In this document: positions 1 through 10,115 of the stretch, in pieces
How positions within the stretch are numbered: the stretch's first letter is position 1
Layout: each line of letters starts with the position of its first letter
From: a virus
Taxonomy: Duplodnaviria; Caudoviricetes
Strand: one strand, 5' to 3'
Virus record (IMG/VR): IMGVR_UViG_3300025781_000011
Coordinates: 1,174 to 65,173 of that record
Length of the DNA stretch: 64,000 nucleotides
Notes under the pieces: model-generated
Database searches by the model: none
The model's input: the letters and a program-made list of their open reading frames with translations, nothing else
What the model was told of the DNA's origin: nothing
Translations under genes and position numbers: made by a program

Positions 1-23
1 AATAGCGTAATATAATGAATACA

Positions 24-57
24 ATAAGGCTACTGCAAAAAGTAGCCTTATTTTTTG
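24..57 (+). terminator. Rho-independent terminator
   Basis: AATAAGGCTACT-gcaaaa-AGTAGCCTTATT followed by a T run. Confidence 0.75.
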
Positions 58-70
58 ACTAAATATCAGT

Positions 71-1159
71 ATGCAATACGTACGTCAAAAACCATTAGCA
101 TCCACATTCTTTAAAGCAAGAGGCGGACCTGCAACTGTATTTGGAGCCATTCCCAGATACAAATACATGTTCTATGCTAATTTTGTAGCTAGTCAGGCAG
201 CATTGAATAGATATCCAGATTATTATAGATTGGGTAGTTGGGAAACGGGGGTTAGTTTTAAAATACATACGGTTGATAAACCACAAATTGAGCTGAATGT
301 ACAAGAATTAAACCAGTACAATAGAAAAAGATACGCATATACAAAAATAAATTATCACCCATTTACTATTCGACTTTACGACACAGTTGATAACATACCA
401 TTAGAAATGTGGCGAAGATATTTTACATTCTATTTTGGGGATAGTAGAACAAAAGGTACCAGTGCCACTGGTGCAACAACTGTTTATAATCAAATGGTTA
501 CAGATCCAAACTTTGCATACGATACAGGCTGGGGATTAAATCCTAGAGATGAACACTATAACTTTTTTGATAGAGTTGAAGTTTATGCTATATATGGCGG
601 ATACTATACTCAGATAAATTATATCAACCCAAAAATTACCAGAGTTGATTGGCAACAATATGATTCTAGTTCAAGTGAAATGGCTGATTTACAAATGACA
701 TTATCATATGAAGCTATTGAATATCTACCAAGTACCCCAATTACGGCAATACAACTAGCTCAGTTTGGATTTGATATTGAGGCAGCTACAGAAGTACCGG
801 GTGTTCCGGTTCCTAATCAGGACATTACTAGCTCTATATATAGCACTTTAGGCGGTTTACAATCCACTTTATTACCAACAGATTTAGCGTCTAGTATTAA
901 TTCTGCTTTTCAGATCGCTAATACCACATTAAATTTGTTTAATAATTCTCCTCTGGGAATAATTTCCCCTACTGCTGGTAAAATTGTCGGGCAAACAACA
1001 CAAGGTGTTCAAGCTGCAAATACACTATTTGGTTTAACAACAAATCCATCTATTCCCAGTAACTATCTTGGTACAGGATATTCATTTATAAACTCTTATA
1101 ATACCTCTGCTAGTTCAACCTTAAGTCCGTATGGATCATTTAACTTTGGAAGATTATAA
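71..1159 (+). CDS. Tail tube / baseplate tail-tube-initiator-like protein (T4 gp19/gp54-like)
   Basis: N-terminal 220 aa resemble the tube fold (VDKPQIEL..QELNQYNRKR...YHPFTIRLYD...MTLSYE); S/T/G-rich tail; preceded by TAAATA late motif. Confidence 0.55.
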   Translation: MQYVRQKPLASTFFKARGGPATVFGAIPRYKYMFYANFVASQAALNRYPDYYRLGSWETGVSFKIHTVDKPQIELNVQELNQYNRKRYAYTKINYHPFTIRLYDTVDNIPLEMWRRYFTFYFGDSRTKGTSATGATTVYNQMVTDPNFAYDTGWGLNPRDEHYNFFDRVEVYAIYGGYYTQINYINPKITRVDWQQYDSSSSEMADLQMTLSYEAIEYLPSTPITAIQLAQFGFDIEAATEVPGVPVPNQDITSSIYSTLGGLQSTLLPTDLASSINSAFQIANTTLNLFNNSPLGIISPTAGKIVGQTTQGVQAANTLFGLTTNPSIPSNYLGTGYSFINSYNTSASSTLSPYGSFNFGRL

Positions 1160-1644
1160 TGGCATCAAACGATATTGTAATTAATAATATTAAAAAACAA
1201 TTAGCTCTCAATGCAGGACAATTAAATATTTCCAGCACAAATGGTTCATATAGTTTTGTTGACACTACAAATAATACAACTCTTCCGGGTAGTGCTAATG
1301 CAAGTAATTATGTACTTTCTAATGTTCCATCAACTTATCAATCAGGACTTAAAGCAGAAGTATACAACTATGCAAAAGGTGTATTCGGTGGACAAACAGT
1401 ACCACCCGAGTTAGTAGAGAGTCTTAGTAGTTTAGCTACTTATTATGTCAGTCAAACAGGTGTAAGTGTACAATCATTATTTAAAAATGGTCAGTTACAA
1501 TCAAATTTTCTTGCAACTATAAACACATTCTTAAATGATAGCGTACAGTTCGGTTATCAAAGCCTTAATACTACACAACCATGGGTTAACAATCCCACAC
1601 TACACGGAAATATAGCCGCTGCATTACAATCATCTTTAAAGTGA
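1159..1644 (+). CDS. Hypothetical virion protein
   Basis: 161-aa ORF coupled to the upstream gene by a TAATG overlap; N/S/T-rich. Confidence 0.6.
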   Translation: MASNDIVINNIKKQLALNAGQLNISSTNGSYSFVDTTNNTTLPGSANASNYVLSNVPSTYQSGLKAEVYNYAKGVFGGQTVPPELVESLSSLATYYVSQTGVSVQSLFKNGQLQSNFLATINTFLNDSVQFGYQSLNTTQPWVNNPTLHGNIAAALQSSLK

Positions 1645-1653
1645 AAATTAACA

Positions 1654-2100
1654 ATGAATCAAAAAACAACAAAATATAGCCAGGGAACATTTGTACCAAA
1701 AAATCCAAATAAACTTATTGGAAATGCTTCTCCAACCTGGAGAAGTTCATGGGAACTTGCGATGATGACCTTTCTTGATAACCATCCTAGTGTTATACAG
1801 TGGGCTAGTGAAAGTATCAAAATACCCTATGTAAATCCACTATCTGGTAAAAGAAGTCAATATGTACCCGACTTTTTAGTGCTATATAAAGATAAGAACG
1901 GTAAACAACATGCCGAACTTGTAGAAGTAAAACCCAAAAAAGAAGCACTTGCTGAAAATGCAAAGAGTAAAAGAGATAAAGCATTTTTAATAGTTAATAC
2001 GGCTAAATGGGCAGCCGCTATGACTTGGTGTAAGAAAAACGGGGTAACTTTTAGGCTCATTACTGAAGATTCTTTATTTTATCAAAAAGGTAAAAAATGA
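1654..2100 (+). CDS. Head completion nuclease (T4 gp4-like, TnsA-type PD-(D/E)XK)
   Basis: F.PKNP.K..G...RSSWE...W.SE...IPY......Y.PDF....LVEVKP motifs. Confidence 0.8.
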   Translation: MNQKTTKYSQGTFVPKNPNKLIGNASPTWRSSWELAMMTFLDNHPSVIQWASESIKIPYVNPLSGKRSQYVPDFLVLYKDKNGKQHAELVEVKPKKEALAENAKSKRDKAFLIVNTAKWAAAMTWCKKNGVTFRLITEDSLFYQKGKK

Positions 2101-2600
2101 GTAAGAGATTCAAACAGTTAGAGGATACATTTAATTTAGACAGTGTTGCAAGCGATAATGACACTGATGATGATTCTAACATAGAAACTGAAGTTGAAGA
2201 AACTCCTAGCCCAGAAGATTTAATGTCTGCACTTACGCAAGCTAAAGACTTAGAAAAACAATTTAGCAAGATGAATCATTATGATACTCATGATAAGGAA
2301 ATGGATGACCTTGCAGAACTAGCAATAGATGCACATAAAACACTGCAGGACCTTGGTATGAATGTTGAGATACGTCATGCCGGTGAAATCTTCAGCAGCA
2401 GTAGTCAAATGCTTAAAATAGCAGTAGATGCCAAGAACAGCAAGGTAGATAAGAAGTTACGATTATTAAAGCTACAGTTAGATAAGTTAAAGATAGACAA
2501 GCAATATCGTGACAGTGATGCTGTAGAAGGAACTGCTGTAAAATTGGATCGTAATGAGCTGCTTAAACAGCTTAAAGGTATTGACCAAGACGACAAGTGA
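2097..2600 (+). CDS. Putative terminase small subunit
   Basis: Helical/coiled-coil 167-aa protein with C-terminal DRNELLK, upstream of terL; assignment by position and general resemblance only. Confidence 0.45.
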   Translation: MSKRFKQLEDTFNLDSVASDNDTDDDSNIETEVEETPSPEDLMSALTQAKDLEKQFSKMNHYDTHDKEMDDLAELAIDAHKTLQDLGMNVEIRHAGEIFSSSSQMLKIAVDAKNSKVDKKLRLLKLQLDKLKIDKQYRDSDAVEGTAVKLDRNELLKQLKGIDQDDK

Positions 2601-2664
2601 TAACAGTTGTTGGTAATTCTCATTGGTATTGACATAAATAACAAAGCATTCGGAGTCTAAATCC

Positions 2665-3471
2665 ATGAAGAGTTTTATACAATATCTAGAAGAGTCTGTT
2701 AAAGAAAATGTCTATGCTATAAAGTTTGCTATGCAGCCAACTGACGATCAGTTTGACACAGTTGAATCATTCTTAAAGAAACATGATTTGATCAGCATCA
2801 GCAAACCAGAACATGTTGAACATGACAAGATGGACTTTTATGATATACCTAATAAGAATATTTGGCAGATTAGAGCAGTTACTGGTATGCCACTTAGCCC
2901 ATACATTATAATGCAGCAATTAAAAGCTGTGCTTAACATACCAGAAGATTATATAGTTGTCAGAGGTGCTAACGAACCCGTAGAACTAGAATCAAATGAC
3001 ACTGCATTTGAACATGATATGGATGATATGGCTGCTGATAAGTCATTGATGCCTGCTGCTAGATTAAGCACAGACAGATTTTATAATGATGCAGAAGAAC
3101 CAATTCTAACTGACGTATTTGGTAATGACTACAATAAGAAATTGTTAGATTACCTAAGATCAGTTGCTGATGATAGACAAACAGATCATTACGAAGCACC
3201 TGCTCCATTATTCAGTTGGATTGACATGGACAAGGTCATGGATGAACAAGCAGTTGAATCACATGACTTCAATGAAAGATTTGATACACCTAAGCCTGTT
3301 AACAAAGGCGCAGGTAAAGATGTACCACCAGTTGATCCCATAAACCTAGGACATCATGGTAATTTTGATGATGGTGCAGCACAGAAAATTAAATTAATGA
3401 AAGACAGTAAAGGCAAGCGTGAGTCAGTCTCGGCTCCAAGAGCTAGTCTAAAAGCCGAGAAAGTGAGGTAA
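2665..3471 (+). CDS. Hypothetical head-associated protein
   Basis: Late motif CATAAATA and GGAG RBS; N-terminus MKSFIQYLEES resembles T4 capsid-targeting sequences. Confidence 0.6.
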   Translation: MKSFIQYLEESVKENVYAIKFAMQPTDDQFDTVESFLKKHDLISISKPEHVEHDKMDFYDIPNKNIWQIRAVTGMPLSPYIIMQQLKAVLNIPEDYIVVRGANEPVELESNDTAFEHDMDDMAADKSLMPAARLSTDRFYNDAEEPILTDVFGNDYNKKLLDYLRSVADDRQTDHYEAPAPLFSWIDMDKVMDEQAVESHDFNERFDTPKPVNKGAGKDVPPVDPINLGHHGNFDDGAAQKIKLMKDSKGKRESVSAPRASLKAEKVR

Positions 3472-3475
3472 TACC

Positions 3476-4669
3476 ATGGAAAATAAAGATCTAATAAGAA
3501 AGTCACTTGATATTATCAACGAGTCTATGCTAGAAGATGGTAAAGAATGGAAGCGTACAAAAGCTCAACAAGATTTTGATCATGACCTAGACGGTGTTCC
3601 GCATGATCCAGAACATGATGACGAGGATCCAGATGCTGACCTAAAGCATAAAGAACGCAAGTACGACAGCGACGAAGAAGAAGATTTCGATGAGTCTGTT
3701 GAGGACGGTGACGAAGACGATGACGATTTAGAAGCTAGCGGATTTCCAAAAGATCCAAAGTACTATGACGAAAAAGGTCGTTATAAGTGGATGGAACCAG
3801 AAGATTTAGATCGTGATGAGGAAGAAGATCGCGAACACGACGACGAAGAGGATTTAGAAGAGGACGATGTCAAGGAAGATGCACCAAAAGCAAAATCTGC
3901 ACCAAAAGCTGATTCCGCTGGTACCAGTTTCCCAGGCATGGGTGAAGGTATTTACGAAGGCGACGAACTTGATGAAGGTATAAACATCACACTCGACGGT
4001 CCGGAAGCTGACGAGTTTGTTGCTAGATTAATGCAACTATCTGGTCAACCTGCTCCTGTTATGCCACATGATGCTCCAATTCAAGCAGTACCTGTGGATG
4101 TAGCTCCAGTTGCACCTGATATGGATGGTGCACCTGCTCCTGACATGGACGGACCGGTTGCACAAGCAGTTGATCAACCAGAAGTTGATGCTGACCACTT
4201 TGTAGCAGACGACAGCGGAACATGTGAAGTATGTCATATGCCAGAATCAATGTGCGAATGCCCAATGACTACACAAACATCGGGTCCATTATTAGGACAT
4301 GACGGTGTTACGATGGAAGAACATGCTGAATATGATCACGGACACTGTGAAGTCGACGATGAGGGTAAAGAAGTAGATCCAGAAACTTACATGTATAAGA
4401 TACCTACCCCTGCACAGAAAATGGTCAAGGGCATGATGGGCGACAATCCAATGGTTGAAGAATCAATGGAACGTTACAATAGAATCGTAAATGATTATGT
4501 AAAATTCCTAGGCGAAAGCGACATACCAAATGAAGATGGTGTAGCAAGTCCGTTAACAGCGGCTGATCGTCAAGAATTTGATAAGGATCCGCATGCAGGC
4601 CAAGAACCAAAAACAGACGGCAGCATGAGTCCAATGAGTCAAATTGATAGACAGGATGTAATGAAATAA
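3476..4669 (+). CDS. Highly acidic hypothetical protein (possible prohead core/scaffold-type)
   Basis: 397 aa with long D/E tracts; GAGG RBS. Confidence 0.6.
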   Translation: MENKDLIRKSLDIINESMLEDGKEWKRTKAQQDFDHDLDGVPHDPEHDDEDPDADLKHKERKYDSDEEEDFDESVEDGDEDDDDLEASGFPKDPKYYDEKGRYKWMEPEDLDRDEEEDREHDDEEDLEEDDVKEDAPKAKSAPKADSAGTSFPGMGEGIYEGDELDEGINITLDGPEADEFVARLMQLSGQPAPVMPHDAPIQAVPVDVAPVAPDMDGAPAPDMDGPVAQAVDQPEVDADHFVADDSGTCEVCHMPESMCECPMTTQTSGPLLGHDGVTMEEHAEYDHGHCEVDDEGKEVDPETYMYKIPTPAQKMVKGMMGDNPMVEESMERYNRIVNDYVKFLGESDIPNEDGVASPLTAADRQEFDKDPHAGQEPKTDGSMSPMSQIDRQDVMK

Positions 4670-4914
4670 TGATCATACGCCATAAACAATTGGTAACTAT
4701 TGATATATTTTATTTTAGAACTGATTATACATCAATAGTACAAGAATTTGTTTGGCAGACAGAAGATGTAGTTCCTGAACTATATCGTACACATAAATTT
4801 TTGAACTACTGGCATCAGAATATAGATGCCATAGTTCAAGAAGTGATTTTAAGTGTAAATGATAGGAAATACGGATCATATCGATCAGTTGACCATTTTC
4901 TACAGCTAAATTAA
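4669..4914 (+). CDS. Usg-like protein
   Basis: LVTIDIFYFRTDY.SIVQEFVWQTED..PEL...HKFL.YW..NID matches the alphaproteobacterial Usg family pattern as recalled. Confidence 0.7.
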   Translation: MIIRHKQLVTIDIFYFRTDYTSIVQEFVWQTEDVVPELYRTHKFLNYWHQNIDAIVQEVILSVNDRKYGSYRSVDHFLQLN

Positions 4915-4917
4915 TAT

Positions 4918-6513
4918 ATGAGCAAGTCTGATATTGATTTCACGTTAGTTAAACCAGCTAACCAAAAGACCACATACACACCTCATCAAATACGAGAAAT
5001 AAAAAAGTGTATGAGCGATCCACTATACTTCATGCAACAATACATGTGGATACAACATCCTACTCAAGGTAAAATACCATTCGAAGCATATCAATATCAA
5101 AAGAACCTAATAGAATGCTATTGGAAATACAAGGAAGTTATAGCACTACTTCCTCGTCAAAGTGGAAAGACTACGACTGCGGCAGGTTACTTATTATGGT
5201 ATACTATGTTTAATGACGACGTAACAGTGTTGATTGCTGCTAACAAATTCCGTGCTGCTACAGAAATTATGGATCGTATCAAGTTCGCATATGAAGAATT
5301 GCCCAACTGGTTACGTGCAGGCTCTGCAACATATAATGTGCAGGACATTAAGTTTGACAATGGGTCGAGAATCAAAGCCACAACTACTACACCAGATTCT
5401 GGACGTGGTATGTCTATTTCACTATTATACTTGGACGAGTTTGCGTTCGTTAAGCCTCGTATTGCAGAAGAATTTTGGACTGCTATGAGTCCCACACTTG
5501 CAACAGGTGGTAAATGTATTATTACATCTACCCCTAATAGTGATGAAGATAAGTTTGCTGAAATTTGGGTTGGTGCTAACAAGACAATAGATGATTGGGG
5601 CAATGATATACCAAATGGATTGGGTATAAACGGATTTAAAGCATTTACATCACACTATTCGGATGTTCCTGGTAGAGATGAAGAATGGGCTACAAGAGAA
5701 CGTAATAAGATAGGGGCAGATAAGTTCGACCGAGAGTACGGGTGTCAATTCTTAACTGCTGATGAAACACTTATTAATGCTGTAACATTGTTAAAGCTAC
5801 AGGGTGTTGACCCCATATATAAAACCAACGAAATACGTTGGTATGATCAACTAAAACCCAATATGACTTATCTAGTGGCATTAGATCCCAGTGCAGGTGT
5901 AGGTAAGGATCCTGCTGCTATTGAAGTGTTTAGTTTACCAGAAATGAAACAAGTAGCAGAGTGGACACACAATAGAACCAGTATACCTAATCAAGTAAAG
6001 ACTGTGCAGAACATTGTGAATTTTATCTACAGTGAATTAAAAAAGATGCCCGAGCACCGAGGCGATCCGGACATATACTTTACACTTGAAAATAACAGTT
6101 GGGGCGAGGCTGCATTATTAACCATAACAGAAATAGGCGAAGAACGCTTCAATGGTACAATGTTACATGAACAACGTGTTAGAGGACAAGGTCGTCCGCG
6201 ACGCGGTCTTAATACCAATACACGATCCAAAGCACAAGCCTGCACCAAGTTAAAAAGCCTAATTGAAGCAGAAAAAATGAAAATATTCAGTAGACCACTA
6301 GTACGACAACTTAAATTCTTTGTGAGTAAAGGTGAAGGCTTTGCTGCTAAACCTGGTGAGAATGACGATTGTGTAATGGCTACTATGCTCTGTGTGAGAA
6401 TGATGCAAATGGTTCAAAATTGGGATGACAGAGTCGGTGACCTACTGCGAGACGATTTTGGTGACGATTATGATCACGAAGAACCAATGCCAATGAGCGT
6501 GATCATCAACTAA
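4918..6513 (+). CDS. terL: Terminase large subunit (T4 gp17-like)
   Basis: Walker A PRQSGKTT, Walker B LLYLDEFAF, TSTPN motif, nuclease ALDPSAGVGKD and DDCVMA. Confidence 0.95.
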   Translation: MSKSDIDFTLVKPANQKTTYTPHQIREIKKCMSDPLYFMQQYMWIQHPTQGKIPFEAYQYQKNLIECYWKYKEVIALLPRQSGKTTTAAGYLLWYTMFNDDVTVLIAANKFRAATEIMDRIKFAYEELPNWLRAGSATYNVQDIKFDNGSRIKATTTTPDSGRGMSISLLYLDEFAFVKPRIAEEFWTAMSPTLATGGKCIITSTPNSDEDKFAEIWVGANKTIDDWGNDIPNGLGINGFKAFTSHYSDVPGRDEEWATRERNKIGADKFDREYGCQFLTADETLINAVTLLKLQGVDPIYKTNEIRWYDQLKPNMTYLVALDPSAGVGKDPAAIEVFSLPEMKQVAEWTHNRTSIPNQVKTVQNIVNFIYSELKKMPEHRGDPDIYFTLENNSWGEAALLTITEIGEERFNGTMLHEQRVRGQGRPRRGLNTNTRSKAQACTKLKSLIEAEKMKIFSRPLVRQLKFFVSKGEGFAAKPGENDDCVMATMLCVRMMQMVQNWDDRVGDLLRDDFGDDYDHEEPMPMSVIIN

Positions 6514-6543
6514 ATATTACTTGCAAACATTTGGAGTAACATA

Positions 6544-7800
6544 ATGAATTTTAATTGGTCAATCATTGGTGACAAAATTTTTGGAATCTTAAAGGGTTCT
6601 GGATTTACACTTCAAATGTTTGATAAGACTGGCACCAAGACACTTGATCCACATGAAGCTACACGATTTTTTGCTACTATAGCAAGCAACGATCCAGAAT
6701 TAGAAAAGTATAGTATTTTAATTGGTGTACATGATGAAAATCATAATAGTCACGTTGATATTAAAACACCTAACCTGGATAATAATGAGGATTTTGATTT
6801 CATACACAAATTAAAAAATAGTATTCAACGAAATGTAGGCGATCGAGAAGGTTTAAGTGTTAATTGGTTTAAATTTGATCATGCAATTACACCAAAAGAT
6901 GAAGTTGTTAACAACATTGTAGAAAGCAAAGATATCAGCAAACCATTTGGATCGACCAAAAGCAGCTATCAACGAGTTGGCAATAGTAAAATAATCATAC
7001 GTCATACAGATGCTATCAACGAAGAAAAAAAAGGTAGCCGCTGGAGACATGTACGAGCAATATTTGTTGAAAATGCACTAGGCGAAAGATTAATGTATCC
7101 ACATATGCATATCGCTGGTGCTAGAGCAATGGCCAGACACTTTTCAAATAATGGTGTGATGCACGATCAAATCGGTGAAGCTATTCAACAATTAAGTAGC
7201 GATTATATGGATCTCAAACGATCAGCTAAAATGATTCGTGCAACAGGCGATGAATCAAAAACCACAGCACTTAGAGAATCTCTACATAAAATCAATAAAG
7301 ATGTTAAGAAACTAAGCGGATCAAGAGGATACGTTTTGGCTTCGGGCGGCTTAAAAGAACAAAATATCAATGAAGATTCTAATGTTATCAATAAGATATA
7401 TGAAGAACTATTAGAGAAGTGCATGTGCGAACGTGATAGCAATGATGCTGCAACTTTATTGGTTGCTGCCAAGTATCTATCAACTGCTAATCTAGTAGAA
7501 GCACCCACTGTTAATTTTACAAGTAGACCAGATCTAACCAGCGAGTGTTCAAACTATCCTGATCAAAAGGATAGAATGGCTTGGCAAATTGAACAGTTAG
7601 CTGAGTGTGTTGATGATGACATGCTGAGATCAAAGCTGACCTCTGCTGCAGGTACACTGAGAACACATGGTGTAATGGATCCAGACGATGTTGAATTGGT
7701 TAAGATGGTGTTCAAAGCATCCAAGGGGATCAAGCATGAGCCTGAGGTACCGGTTGTTGATCCTGGGTTGGACCGTATCAAAACTTTGAGCGGGATCTAA
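6544..7800 (+). CDS. Conserved hypothetical phage protein (likely head-associated)
   Basis: 418-aa ORF after TAAATA with GGAG RBS. Confidence 0.65.
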   Translation: MNFNWSIIGDKIFGILKGSGFTLQMFDKTGTKTLDPHEATRFFATIASNDPELEKYSILIGVHDENHNSHVDIKTPNLDNNEDFDFIHKLKNSIQRNVGDREGLSVNWFKFDHAITPKDEVVNNIVESKDISKPFGSTKSSYQRVGNSKIIIRHTDAINEEKKGSRWRHVRAIFVENALGERLMYPHMHIAGARAMARHFSNNGVMHDQIGEAIQQLSSDYMDLKRSAKMIRATGDESKTTALRESLHKINKDVKKLSGSRGYVLASGGLKEQNINEDSNVINKIYEELLEKCMCERDSNDAATLLVAAKYLSTANLVEAPTVNFTSRPDLTSECSNYPDQKDRMAWQIEQLAECVDDDMLRSKLTSAAGTLRTHGVMDPDDVELVKMVFKASKGIKHEPEVPVVDPGLDRIKTLSGI

Positions 7801-7824
7801 TTTCAAAATAAAACTTATTGCTAC

Positions 7825-7848
7825 TTGACCTCCGATCTAGTATAAATA
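7825..7848 (+). promoter_or_regulatory. Overlapping sigma70-type and T4-late-type promoter for the SSB gene
   Basis: TTGACC at 7825 and TATAAATA at 7841. Confidence 0.55.
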
Positions 7849-7919
7849 TACTGTTACTGACAAGACAGAAAGATGACTTGTCAGTATCTTTATCTCAATG
7901 AGGCACAAGGAGGTCCCAA

Positions 7920-8966
7920 ATGGCACTTAGTTTAAAAGAAATTCAAGCAAAATTATTAGAGCAAGAAGCTCGCAAAGACCGCACAAAGAGCGGTGGGTTT
8001 TCGGGGGATAACAGTATCTACCCATTTTGGAATAACCCAGACGGAAGTTCAGCAACATTACGATTTGTTCCAGACGGTGATAATACAAACGACTTCTTTT
8101 GGGTAGAACGTTTGATTATCAAACTACCATTCCCAGGTGTAAAGGGTATGGATAACAGTCGTCCATGTGAAGTACAAGTTCCATGTGTTGACATGTGGAA
8201 ACCAGGTAGCTGCCCAATTACAGCAGAAATCCGCCCATGGTGGAAGGATTCAAGTTTAGAAGACCTTGCACGTAAGTATTATCGCAAGAAGAGTTTTCTA
8301 TTCCAGGGCTTTGTAGTGCAAAATCCTAACAAGGAAGACGCAACACCTGAGAATCCAATTCGCAGATTCATTATTAATCCTAGCGTATTTGATTCCATTA
8401 AAGCAATTCTAATGCGTCAGGATCTTGAAAATTCGCCGACTGATTATGAATCAGGACGTGACTTTTATCTCAGCAAGACCAAGAAGGGCGAGTATGCCAA
8501 CTACAGCTCCTCCAGCTGGAGCATGAAAGAGCGCCCACTCGGTGTAGAAGAACTAGAGGCTATTGATAAGTTTGGTCTTAACAATCTCAGCCAGTTCCTA
8601 CCAAAGAAACCAGATGATGCACATCTTGCTGTTATGCTTGAGTTGTTTCAAGCAAGTGTTGAAGAGCAACTATACGATCCAGATCGTTGGAGTCAGTTCT
8701 ATCGTCCAAACGGCATGCGATTTGATAGCGACACTGAAAACGGTGATGCAACTGTTGCAGAATCAGCACCTGCTCCGGTTAAATCAAACGTAACAGCAGC
8801 CAGCATCATGAACAAGGTTGCCAAGGTAGTACCTGCTAAAGCACCTGTTGTAGAAGCCGAAGATGAAACTCCTTGGGAAGAGCCAGCAGCAGAAGCACCT
8901 GCTAAGAAAGCTCAGAGTCCAGAAGACATCTTAGCTGCAATTCGCAGACGCCAGCAAGGAAAATAA
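7920..8966 (+). CDS. Single-stranded DNA-binding protein (T4 gp32-like)
   Basis: IYPFW....A.LRFVPD, Cys pair, YYRKKS, YANYSSS motifs; acidic/Ala-Pro tail; directly upstream of the recombinase. Confidence 0.85.
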   Translation: MALSLKEIQAKLLEQEARKDRTKSGGFSGDNSIYPFWNNPDGSSATLRFVPDGDNTNDFFWVERLIIKLPFPGVKGMDNSRPCEVQVPCVDMWKPGSCPITAEIRPWWKDSSLEDLARKYYRKKSFLFQGFVVQNPNKEDATPENPIRRFIINPSVFDSIKAILMRQDLENSPTDYESGRDFYLSKTKKGEYANYSSSSWSMKERPLGVEELEAIDKFGLNNLSQFLPKKPDDAHLAVMLELFQASVEEQLYDPDRWSQFYRPNGMRFDSDTENGDATVAESAPAPVKSNVTAASIMNKVAKVVPAKAPVVEAEDETPWEEPAAEAPAKKAQSPEDILAAIRRRQQGK

Positions 8967-8970
8967 TCCA

Positions 8971-9014
8971 ATAAAGACGAGGCGGTAGTATTGACTATCG
9001 CCTCTTTATATTTT
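8971..9014 (+). terminator. Probable terminator hairpin
   Basis: GAGGCGGTAGT-attg-ACTATCGCCTC followed by TTTATATTTT. Confidence 0.6.
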
Positions 9015-9038
9015 AAACAATAAGAGAAGGAGTTTCTC

Positions 9039-10115
9039 ATGAAGCCATTCGACGTATCAAAATTTAGAAAATCTATCACTAAAAGTATAGAAGGGTTAAG
9101 CATTGGATTCAACGATCCAACAGACTGGATCAGTACAGGTAGTTATGGATTAAATTATTTAATATCGGGAGACTTTTTCAAAGGAGTACCTTTAGGTAAA
9201 GTAACAGTACTCTCTGGTGAATCAGGTTCAGGTAAGTCATTTTTAGCATCTGGTAATATTGTTAGAAATGCACAAGAAATGGGAATATATGTTGTTCTCA
9301 TTGATACAGAAAATGCATTAGACGAATCTTGGCTTAAGGCTTTAGGAGTTAATACATCTGAAGATAAGTTAATGAGACTTAGTATGGCTATGATTGATGA
9401 TATTGGTACAGTTATATCTGAATTTGTTAAAAGTTATAAAGAAATATCTATCGAAGATAGACCAAAAGTTCTATTTGTTATTGATAGCTTAGGTATGGCT
9501 ATGGTTCCTACACAGGTGGACCAATTTCAAACTGGTGAAACTTCTAAAGGGGATTTTGGACGTAAGCCTAAGGCTCTTAAAGCATTAGTAACAAATTGTG
9601 TCAATATGTTTGGTAATTTAAATATTGGAATGATAGCTACAAATCATTCTTATGCATCGCAGGACCCTTATAATCCAGACCCAGTTGTATCTGGCGGATC
9701 TGGATTTATTTTTGCTTCTAGCATATTAATAGGTATGAAAAAATTGAAGCTTAAAGAAGACGAAGATGGCAATAAAACAACTGATGTATTAGGTATTCGG
9801 TCCGGGTGTAAAGTACTTAAAACTAGATACGCACAGCCATTTACTGATATTCAACTATATATACCATATGAATCGGGTCTTAACCCATATAGCGGATTAT
9901 TTGACTTGTTTGAAAAAAAGAAGTTAATTACTAAAGAAGGTAATCGTTATTATTATGTGGACTTAAATGGGGAAATACACAAGTATTATAGAAAAGAATG
10001 GAATCGTAATGAAAATAACATTATGGATTTAGTAATGAAAGAATTTAAAGATAAATTAGCTGTTACAGAATTAGATAATACAAAAATTGAAAACGATGAC
10101 TACGATGAAAGATAA
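9039..10115 (+). CDS. uvsX: RecA/UvsX recombinase
   Basis: ISTGS..LN..ISG, Walker A GESGSGKS, IDTENA, VIDSLG, SGGSG. Confidence 0.92.
   Translation: MKPFDVSKFRKSITKSIEGLSIGFNDPTDWISTGSYGLNYLISGDFFKGVPLGKVTVLSGESGSGKSFLASGNIVRNAQEMGIYVVLIDTENALDESWLKALGVNTSEDKLMRLSMAMIDDIGTVISEFVKSYKEISIEDRPKVLFVIDSLGMAMVPTQVDQFQTGETSKGDFGRKPKALKALVTNCVNMFGNLNIGMIATNHSYASQDPYNPDPVVSGGSGFIFASSILIGMKKLKLKEDEDGNKTTDVLGIRSGCKVLKTRYAQPFTDIQLYIPYESGLNPYSGLFDLFEKKKLITKEGNRYYYVDLNGEIHKYYRKEWNRNENNIMDLVMKEFKDKLAVTELDNTKIENDDYDER

Noticed and set aside
7865-7891. T4 gene-32-type pseudoknot
   Set aside because: The loop AAAGA could pair with the adjacent TCTTT, but no linker is available to span the 10-bp stem
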